A stretch of 64,000 nucleotides of DNA from Lingula anatina (taxonomy: Eukaryota > Animalia > Brachiopoda): contig CM120642.1 in the NCBI GenBank assembly GCA_051362555.1, forward strand, positions 22,134,001 through 22,198,000, given 5' to 3'. This document shows positions 15,001-24,900 of this stretch, one piece after another (position 1 is the first letter of the stretch; each line of letters opens with the position of its first letter). A program made the translations under genes and the position numbers. The notes under the pieces are model-generated. The model did not search any database and was not told the DNA's origin. It saw nothing but the letters and a program-made list of their open reading frames with translations.

Positions 15001-17460
15001 TACTGTACATGTTTGTGTCATTACTGTTGGTGTTTGTATTTATTGTGAGCAATGTTTGTCAGTTTTTTCTCTATATATGTTTTTAATCATTATTATAACT
15101 GTTCATGTTTGTGTTGTTGCTGCAAGCATAGTTTGTGACTGTTTATATTCCGATTGCTGTTTCCATTCTCTATTGTCATGTGTGTATGTCTGTATTGTGA
15201 CTGTGTTTGTTTGTATTTATTTACATTACTGTTCATGTTTGTGTCATTACTGTTGGTGTTTGTATTTATTGTGAGCAATGTGTATGTCAGTTTTGTCACT
15301 CTCTTTGTTTGTAAACATTACTATTGCTCTGAATGATGGTGTTGTCAATGTATGACTATGTGTCTGTTTATATTCTGTTTGCTATGTCTATTCACTATTG
15401 CTAGTGAATGTGTTTGTATATATTGTGATGACTGTGTACGCCCATGTTTCCACTCTTTTTCCTTGTGTTTATTCTAATTACAGTGCACATTACTATTATC
15501 AATGTACATGTTTATATTCATTTTGATCACTGTGTATGTTTGTATTGTTACTGTTTGTGTCTGCATATAATTGTGTTCACTGTGTAAGTCTATTTGTTTT
15601 TCTGCCTGTTTGTAATCATTATCATTGCTGTTCATGTTTGTGTTGTCATTGTTTGGGTTTGTTTTTATTGCGATCACTGTGTATGTTTGTGTCATTATTG
15701 TTGGTGTTTGTATTTATTATTAGCAATGTGTATGTCAGTTTTGTCCCTCTATTTGTTTATTATTATAACTATAGCACTGAATGCTGAGTGTTGTCAATGT
15801 ATGTCTATGTGTCTATTTATATTCTTTTTTCTGTGTCTATTCTGTATTGATACTAAATGTGTTTGTGTATATTGTGATGACTGTGTACGGCTATGTTTGC
15901 ACTCTTTTCCCTTGTGTTCATTGTCATAACAGTGCACATTACTGTTATCATTGTCCTTGCTAATATTTATTTTGATCAATGTGTATGTTTGTGTTGTTAC
16001 TGTTTGTGTCTGCACATAATTCTGATCACTGTGGAAGTCTATTTGTCCTTCTGTTTGTTTGTAATAATTCTCATTACTGTGCATGTTAATGATGTCACTG
16101 TTTGTGTTTGTATTTATTGTGATCACTGTATGTGTTTGCATAGTTACTGTTGATGTTTGTATTTATTGTGAACACTGTTTCCATTCTGTACTGTCATTGT
16201 ACGTGTTTGTATATATATTGTGATCACTTTTTCCTTGTGTTCTTTTTCATTACGATGCATGATACTCTTATAACAGTTACTTTGTTACTTTATATGGTTG
16301 TGTTGTCACTGTACATGTCAACTTATTCTGTTCTCTGTGTATGTCTGTATTGTGACTGTTTGTTTGTATTTATTTTGATTACTGCGCATGATTGTCTTGT
16401 CACTGTTTGTGTTTGTATTCATCATGATCACTGTATATGTTTGCGTCATTACTGTTGATGTTTGTATTTATTGTCAACACTGTTTCCATGCTGTACTGGC
16501 ATTGTATGTGTTTGTATATATATGTTGTGATCACTGTGTATGTCTGTGTTTACGCCTCATCACTGATCACTGTGTATGACTGTGCTATCACCTTATTATA
16601 TAATTAGTGTTCATTCTGGTTACTGTGCATGGTTGCGTTGTCACTGCACATGTCAAAATTTATTCTGATCACTGTGTATGTCTGTATTGTGACTGTGTTT
16701 GTTTGTATTTATTAACATTACTGTTCATGTTTGTGTCATTACTGTTGGTGTTTTTATTTATTGTTAGTAATGTGTATGTCAGTTTTGTCTTTAAATTACT
16801 ACTGCGCTGAATGATGGTGTTTTCAATGTATGACTATGTTTCTGTTTATATTCTGTTTGCTGTGTCTATTCACTATTGCTACTGAATGTGTTTGTATATT
16901 TTGTGGTTACTGTGTATGGCTATGTTTCCACCCTTTTTCCTTGTGTTTATTCTAATTACAGTGCACATTACACGTACATGTTTATATTAATTTTGACCAC
17001 TGTGTATGTTTGTGTTGTTACTGTTTGTTTCTGCATATAATTCTGATCATTGTGAAAGTCTGTTTGTCCTTCTATTTGTTTGTAATAATTATCATTACTG
17101 TGCATGTTAATGTTATCACTGTTTGTGTTTGTATTTATTGTGATCACTGTATGTGTTTGCATAGTTACTGTTTATGTTTGTATTTATTGTGAACACTGTT
17201 TCTATTCAGTACTGTCATTGTACATGTTTGTATATATATTGTGGTCACTTTTTCCTTGTGTTCATTTTCATTACGATGCATGTTACTGTTATAACAGTTA
17301 CTTTGTTACTTAATATGGTAGTGTTGTCACTGTACATGTCAACTTATTCTGATCACTGTGTATGTCTGTAGTGTGACTGTGTTTGTTTGTATTTGTTTTG
17401 ATTACTGTGCATGTTTGTGTTGTCACTGTTTGTGATTGTACTTATTTTGAGTACTGTATA
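1..17460 (+). repeat. Complex TG-rich satellite array of diverged ~50-bp monomers (core tgatcactgtgtatgtytgt...tttgtatttattg) with kb-scale higher-order duplications
   Basis: The tgatcactgtg and gtttgtatttatt motifs recur at ~50-bp spacing. Identical or near-identical pseudo-ORFs repeat at fixed offsets: 590/5234 and 1406/6050 (4644), 2520/7166 and 3434/8080 (4646), 12/3434 (3422), 11160/13011 (1851). Strong T+G strand bias and very few CpG. Confidence 0.95.
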
Positions 17461-18439
17461 TGCACAGTAATGATATTTATATTACAAACAAACAGAAGGA
17501 CAAATAGACTTTCATAGTGATCATAATTATGTGCAGACATAAACAGTAAGAACACAAACATACACAGTGATCAAAATAAATATCAACATGAACAGTGATA
17601 ACAGTAATGTGCACTGTTATGACAATGAACACAATGGAAAAGAGTGCAAACATAGCCGTACACAGTCATCACAATATATACAAACACATTTAGTAAGAAT
17701 ACAGAATAGACACAGAAAAAAGAACATAAATAGACACATAGACATACATCGAAAACACTCAGCATTGAGTGCTATAGTTATAATGATAAACAAATAGAGG
17801 GACAAAACTGACATACACATTGCTAATAATAAATACAAACACCAACAATAATAACACAAACATACACAGTGATCACAATAAAAACAAACCCAAACAATGA
17901 CAACACATACATGCACAGCAATGATAATGATTACAAACAAATAGAAAAACAAACAGACGAACACAGTGATCAGAATTATACGCAGACACAAACAGTAACA
18001 ACACAAACATACACATAGACATGAACATACAGTGCTCAAAATAAATATAAACATGTACATTGATAATAAAACTGATAAAAGTAACTTGCACAGTAATGAA
18101 AATGAACACAAGAATATAAACAGACACATAGACATACAGTGACAGTACTATCATGCAGAGTAATAGTAATGATTACAAACAAATACATTGAAAAAACAGA
18201 AAAACACATTGCTCACAATAAATACAATCACAAACAGTGACAAAACAAACGTGAGCAGTAATGTAAATAAATACAAACAAACACAGTCACATTACAGACA
18301 TACACAGTGATCAGAATAAATTTTGACATGTACAGTGACAACGCAACCATGCACAGTAACCTGAATGAACACTAATTAATTAGGTGATAGCACAGTCATA
18401 CACAGTGATCAGTGATGGGGTGAAAACACAGACATACAC
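17461..18439 (-). repeat. Inverted block of the same satellite
   Basis: Composition flips abruptly to A/C-rich (cacagtgatca, aataaatacaaac), the reverse complement of the monomer. It returns to the TG strand at ~18440. Confidence 0.93.
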
Positions 18440-18809
18440 TGTTTTGTCAATATTTGTTTGTAATCATTACTATTACTCTACATGATAGTACTGTTACTGT
18501 ATGTCTATGTGTTTGTTTATATTCTGTTCTCTGTGTCTATTTTGTTTTGTCACTCTATGTGTTTCCATGTATTGTGATCACTGTGTACAGCTATGTTTTC
18601 ACTCTTCTTCCTTGTCTTTATTTTCTTTACGATGCATGTTACTGTTATAACTGTGCATGTTAATATTTATTTTGATCACTGTTCATGTTTGTGTCATTAC
18701 AGTTGGTGTTTCTATTTATTGTGAGCAATGTTTATGTCAGTTTTTTCTCTCTATATGTTTTTAATCATTATTATAACTGTTCCTGTTTATGTTGTTGCTG
18801 TAAGCATAG
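18440..18809 (+). repeat. Satellite, same family
   Basis: Same monomer motifs. Confidence 0.9.
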
Positions 18810-19852
18810 TTTATGTCTCCTTGATCTAAAGGTTCAATACGATGCCGAGAAAGGAGCAATAAAGTGACAAACACAAGTATGATGTTCGAAACTTGGCTGA
18901 TGCCGGCCGCTTTTATTGTGAATCCTTATACTAAAATGAATTAAATTTTGATGTTAAAATTAAATAAATGTGACAGTGCCAAAATACGTAGTTTTTATGC
19001 CTGAAAAGACTATTTTATATATAATTCCCAAAGAACATAGTGCAGACGTTTTAATTTGTGGGTTTGCAAAGAGGCCGAAAAGAAAAATCTAGCCAATGAC
19101 CGGACGAAGCACGTCGATGTAATCTAAAGTAGAGGACAAGCTAAATCGGCCGAAACGGTGGATGACAGATAAGCTGCGGCGTGCTACCCAACCCTAACTC
19201 CCTCATTCTGAGGGAGGGGGAGGTACGCTCTTTTCCTTATGATAAACGGGCCATACAGCGAGGAGTAGAGCTCTCCATTCTGTCATCCCTAGTTAGAGAA
19301 GTTTAGAAGTAGAAATTTTAAGTGTGCCCGCCCGGTCTATTATGAATTATGTCTACCAAAAACCAGTAACTGAGCTCCTGAAATAAAGGGTATAATGGAG
19401 ATAATAAATCACTGGTCAGCGTGAATTGCTGGACCGAACAAGTTACAAAATTGAATGGGAAATTAAAAATAAAAAGAAACGGATGAGAATCTGCATGTCT
19501 TGCTAGATCTCTGAGGGGGTGGGGGGGTGAGGTCCGCATGTCTTGCTGGACCCAACAAGTAATGTCACTTGAAGTTAAACATATAAAAATTTAAACATAT
19601 AAAAATAAAAAGAAATGGGTGGGAGAGAATCTGCATGTCTTGCTAGATCTCCGGAAAAAAGGTGGGTATGAGGGCCGCATGTCTTGCTGGCCTTCAGCAT
19701 GAAAGCGAGATTGAATGTAAAATGATAAATGATAACTAATATAGGCCATGGACAGTGTCACTAAATGAAACTTGTGAAAGTCAGATTTGTAAATGTCACT
19801 AAACGTGCGCGGGTGAATCCTCTGTGCAAGTATATCAATGCGCTAAATAGTC

Positions 19853-20254
19853 CTATTCAAATTGTCCAGTTGCTTGGCTTGACCATAGTTTTGGAGTGCA
19901 GATGTATTTCTTGAAAGAGTCCGAGTTCCAACGACCAAGCCACCGAGTTGGCAGCCAGTGTTGCCATGGCTTGTGACATCTTTTGAGAATGTTGAAAATG
20001 GCCTGGTTGTCGACGGGCTGCGGGGTTGAATGTGAACTCCCAGAAGTGGAGGGTAAGGAAGTGTCCGCAGAGGAAGGTGCAGATTTACGAACAAGTTGCT
20101 TCCCCTTACTGACTCGCGGACGTTTTTCCGATGCTGAAGAGGGGCCGGCGGAAGAAGTGCTCGCAGTAGAGGGAGTAGGGTGAGTTCTGCTTGCCCGGCG
20201 TTTGTTTGGAGTACTCTCAGGAGCTGTTGAACTTCTTGATCTCTTGGGAGGCAC
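19853..20254 (-). pseudogene. Deletion-fused ORF: Gag-like N-terminus (MPPKRSRSS...) joined to the tyrosine-recombinase C-terminal tail
   Basis: A basic, Ser-rich N-terminus typical of DIRS-order ORF1 is followed by GRWNSDSFKKYI, matching the GRWxSxxxxxY catalytic-Tyr motif of DIRS-order YRs. RT, RNase H and most of the YR are missing. Confidence 0.75.
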
Positions 20255-21130
20255 TGAAAAGTGTAATGAAGAGAGCAGCAGACAGGTGAAATTTTTTTGT
20301 AAGTTCCCATGTAGTTTTTTATTACTCGGAGGAGACGGGGAAGGTGGCGGGTATCAAAATCGTGCTGAGGCGAATTGAGGAGTGATCCGTTGATTGTTCT
20401 CTTGCGACTGTCGTGCGTGAGAACAAAGTGAGAAAGAATGCTATCGTACATTTCGTTAAACGCGATGGCGCGTACCTTGTGGAACTCACCTGACCTAGTT
20501 CAACCTGATTGGGCAAAAAATAGTAACCAACCAAATACTCTGATTGGGTAAGAAAGATTGGCCAATCACAGCCCATTGCCGATGCAGCACTGAATCCACG
20601 ATTCTATGTGCAGCATTGAATCCGAGGCTCGTCAGTTCATGCAGCACTCAATCCGAGGTTTGTACAAGTATGGCAAAATTACAATGCGAATCCCGTCGGA
20701 ACTAGGTTACAATCCGTCGCCATAAAACAATGTTTGACTCAGCCGCCAAACTTCCCTTTATGTCTCCTTGATCTAAAAGTTCAATACGATGCCGAGAAAG
20801 GAGCAATAAAGTGACAAACACAAGTATGATGTTCGAAACTTGGCCGATGCCGGCCGCTTTTATTGTGAATCCTTATACTAAAATGAATTAAATTTTGATG
20901 TTAAAATTAAATAATTGTGACAGTGCCAAAATACGTAGTTTTTACGCCTGAAAAGACTATTTTATATATAATTCCCAAAGAACATAGTGCAGACGTTTTA
21001 ATTTGTGGGGTTGCAAAGAGGCCATAACCTTGGGATCGCAGAGGCCAAGGAAAACCCCACAAAGGACAAAGGAGCCTGCTGATAAGGACAGAAAGTTTCC
21101 AGATGAGTAAGTAGTGCGTAATGAGTAGAA

Positions 21131-21500
21131 GGTCGGAAATGTAAAGACACAAAACGTGCCGCTCACCTAGGCGTAGCTAGGCGGACGAAAATATCACAAA
21201 AATAAGGCATGAAGAGTTATGCCACTCAACCTGAAAACCAGGTCGGAAAAATAAAGACACAAAACGTGCCACTCACTCTGACGAAGCAGAGCGGAATATA
21301 AAGACACAAAACGTGTCACTCACTTAGGCGTAGCTAGGCGGACAAAAATATTACAAAAATAAGGCATGAAAAATTATGCCACCCAACCTGAAAACCTGGT
21401 CGGAAAAGTAAAGACACAAAACGTGCCACTCACTCTGACGAAGCAGAGCGGAATATAAAGACACAAAACATGCCACTCACCTAGGCGTAGCTAGGCGGAC
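21131..21500. repeat. Hairpin array inside the YR element: 7 TGCCACTCA-[stem-loop]-CGGA units, 157-bp higher-order period
   Basis: Stem-loops are cctag/gcgtag/ctagg (21166, 21323, 21480), acctg/aaaac/caggt (21229, 21386) and ctctg/acgaag/cagag (21276, 21433). The linker AAAGACACAAAA occurs at 21143, 21253, 21300, 21410 and 21457. Confidence 0.9.
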
Positions 21501-21904
21501 ATAAAAATCGTGCTGAGACGAATTGAGGAGTGATCCATTGATTGTTCTCTTGCGACTGTCGTGTGTGAGAACAAAGTGAGAAAGAATACTATCGTACATT
21601 TCGTTAAACGCGACGGCGCGTACCTTGTGGAACACACCTGACCTAGTTCAACCTGATTGGGCAAAAAATAGTAACGAACCAAATACTCTGATTGGGAAAG
21701 AAAGATTGGCCAATCACAGCCCATTGCCGATGCAGCACTGAATCCACGATTCTATGTGCAGCATTGAATCTGAGGCTCGTCAGTTCATGCAGCACTCAAT
21801 CCGAGGTTTGTACAAGTATTGGAAAATTACAATGGGAATCCCGTCGGAACCAGGTTACAATCCGTCGCCATAAAACAACGTTTGACTCAGCCGCCAAACT
21901 TCCC

Positions 21905-24900
21905 TTTGTGTCTTTTTATATTCCAGTTGCTGTTTCCATTCTCTATTGTCATTGTATGTGTTTGTATATATATTGTGATCACTGTGTACATGTATGTCTG
22001 TGTTTTCACCCCATCACTGATCACTGTGTATGACTGTGCTATCACCTAATTAATTAGTGTTTATTCTGGTTACTGTGCATGGTTGTGTTGTCACTGTACA
22101 TGTCAAAATTTATTCTGATCACTGTGTATGTCTGTATTGTGACTGTGTTTGTTTGTATTTATTTACATTACTGCTCTCATTTGTGTTGTCACTGTTAATG
22201 TTTGTATTTATTGTGAGCAATGTGTATGTCTGATTTTTTAATGTATTTATGTCTCCTCCATCTCAGTGTACCACAAACTTTAATGGTCTCATTCATAGCA
22301 AGAAAGAAGGCAACAAAGAGTATTGATTCTTTGTGATTTGGTCAAACAAGGCCCCTTTTATTATATAACCCCTCTATCCTAATCGTTTTAACAATAATAA
22401 CAATGTAGCAAATTGTTGCCTGTATTAAATGTTATGGCCTTAGTATAGGGAAAAAATTTATATATCAAATATTCAATAAGACTCATCATCCTAAAAATTA
22501 TGATGCGACGAGTCAGCAAAAGTTATTATTTACCAACAATTTTGCACAAATTTCATTTGTGGGGTTGCAACTGTTTGTGTCTGCACATAATTCTGATCAC
22601 TGTGTAAGTCTGTTTGTCCTTCTATTTGTTTGTAATCATTATCATTGCTGTGCATGTTTGTTTTGTCACTGTTTGTGTTTCTATTTATTGTGATTACTGT
22701 ATATGTTTGTGTCATTACTGTTGGTCTTTGTATTTCATTTCTGTCACACTATTTGTTGAAATTTATTTTGATTCCTGTCCAAGTAAGTGCTGTCACTGTC
22801 TGTGTTTGTATCTATTGTGTTGTCAATGTATGGTATGTTTCTGTTTATATTCTGTTCTTTGTGTCTATTCTGTATTGTCACTGTATGTGTTTCCATGTAT
22901 TGTGATCACTGTGTACAGCTATGTTTTCACTGTTTTTCCTTGTGTTCATTTTCACTACGATGCATGTTACTGTTATAACTGTGCATGTTAATATTTATTT
23001 TGATCACTGTTCATGTTTGTGTCATTACTGTTGGTGTTTCTATTTATTGTGAGCAATGTTATGCCAGTTTTTTCTCTCTATATGTTTTTAATCATTATTA
23101 TAACTGTTCATGTTTATGTTGTTGCTGTAAGCATAGATTGTGTCTTTTTATATTCCAGTTGCTGTTTCCATTCTCTATTGTCATTGTATGTGTTTGTATA
23201 TATATTGTGATCACAGTGCATATCTCTTTTTTCACTCTGTCACCAATCACTATGTATGACTGTGCTATCACCTTATTTATTATAGTGTTCATTCTAGTTA
23301 CTGTGCATGGTTGCGTTGTCACTGTACATGTCAAAATTTATTCTGATCACTGTGTATGTCTGTATTGTGACTGTGTTTGTTTGTATTTATTTACATTACT
23401 GTTCATGTTTGTGTCATTACTGTTGGTGTTTGTATTTATTGTGAGCAATGTGTATGTCAGATTTTGCACTCTATTTGTTTGTAACCATTACTATTGTGCT
23501 GAATGATGGTGTTGCCAATGTATGACTATGTGTCTGTTTATATTCTGTTCTGAGGGAAAAAAATGACATAAACATTGCTCACAATGAATATTCTAATTAC
23601 AGTGCACATTACTATTATCAATGTACATGTTTATATTTATTTTGAGAACTGTATGTTTCTGTCTATGTTTATGTTTGCCTTGTTACTCTTTGTGTCTGCA
23701 TATAATTCTGATCACTGTGTTAGTCTGTATGTTTTTCCATTTGTTTGTAATCATTATCATTGCTGTGCATGTTTGTGTTGGCATTGTTTGGGTTTGTTTT
23801 TATTGTGATCACTGTGTATGTTTGTGTTATTATTGTTGGTGTTTGTATTTATAATTAGCAATGTGTATGTCAGTTTTGTCCCTCTATTTGTTTATCATTA
23901 TAACTATAGCGCTCAATGCTGAGTGTTGTCAATGTATGTCTATGTGTCTATTTATATTCTGTTTTCTTTGTCTATTCTGTATTCTTACTAAATGTGTTTG
24001 TATATATTGTGATGACTGTGTACGGCTATGTTTGCACTCTTTTCCATTGTGTTCAATGTCATAACAGTGCACATTACTGTTATCACTGTTCATGTTAATA
24101 TTTATTTTGATCACTGTGTATGTTTGTGTTCTTACTGTTTATGTCTGTACATAATTCTTATCACTGTGAAAGTCTATTTGTCCTTCTGTTTGTTTGTAAT
24201 ATATATCATTAATGTGCATGTTAATGTTGTCGTTTGTGTTTGTATTTATTGTGATCACTGTATGTGTTTGCATAGTTACTGTTGATGTTTGTATATATGG
24301 TGAACACTGTTTCCATTCTGTACTGTCATTGTACGTGTTTGTATATATATTGTGATCACTTTTTCCTTGTGTTCTTTTTCATTACGATGCATGATACTGT
24401 TATAACAGTTGCTTTGTTACTTTATATGGTAGTGTTGTCACTGTACATGTCAACTTATTCTGATCACTGTGTATGTCTGTAGTGTGACTGTGTTTGTTTC
24501 TATTTATTTTGATTACTGTGCATGTTTGTGTTGTCACTGTTTGTGATTGTATTTATTTTGAGCACTGTATATGTTTGTGTTGTTAATGTTTGTGTCTGCA
24601 CATAATTCTGATCACTGTGAAAGTCTGTTTGTTCTTCTGTTTGTTTGTAATAATTATCATTACTGTGTATGATTGTGTTGTCACTGTTTGTGTTTGTATT
24701 TATCGTGATCACTGTGCATGTTTGCATTGTTACTGTTGATATTTGATTTATTGTCAACACTGTTTCCATTCTGTACTGTCATTGTATGTGTTTGTATATA
24801 TATTGTGATCACTGTGTATATCTCTGTTTTCACTCCATCACTGATCACTGTGTATTGCTGTGTATTACTGTGTAATCATCCAATTAATTTGTGTTCATTC

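Larger units (their letters stand above)
18810..21904 (-). mobile_element. Non-autonomous, internally deleted Ngaro/DIRS-order tyrosine-recombinase retrotransposon with split direct repeats
   Basis: Repeat A lies at 18810-19076 and 20757-21023; repeat B at 20356-20756 and 21504-21904. The internal B|A junction is cttccc-TTT-atgtct. The flanks reconstitute the satellite catag-TTT-gtgtct with no conventional TSD. A residual ORF ends in the YR tail LGRWNSDSFKKYI. Confidence 0.85.

Noticed and set aside
1-18800. Numerous Cys/Val/Phe-rich (+) and Thr/Asn/Gln-rich (-) ORFs in the satellite, here and in later blocks
   Set aside because: They are artefacts of TG-biased repeat composition, present in all frames with no domain signal and frames broken by indels between copies.
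21276-21291. CTGACGA resembling a hammerhead ribozyme core
   Set aside because: It lies within a short hairpin, with no stem II/GAAA arrangement, and is absent from the other two unit types.
21131-21500. CRISPR-like appearance of the hairpin array
   Set aside because: The variable parts recur periodically rather than being unique spacers, there are no cas genes, and the context is a eukaryotic retroelement.
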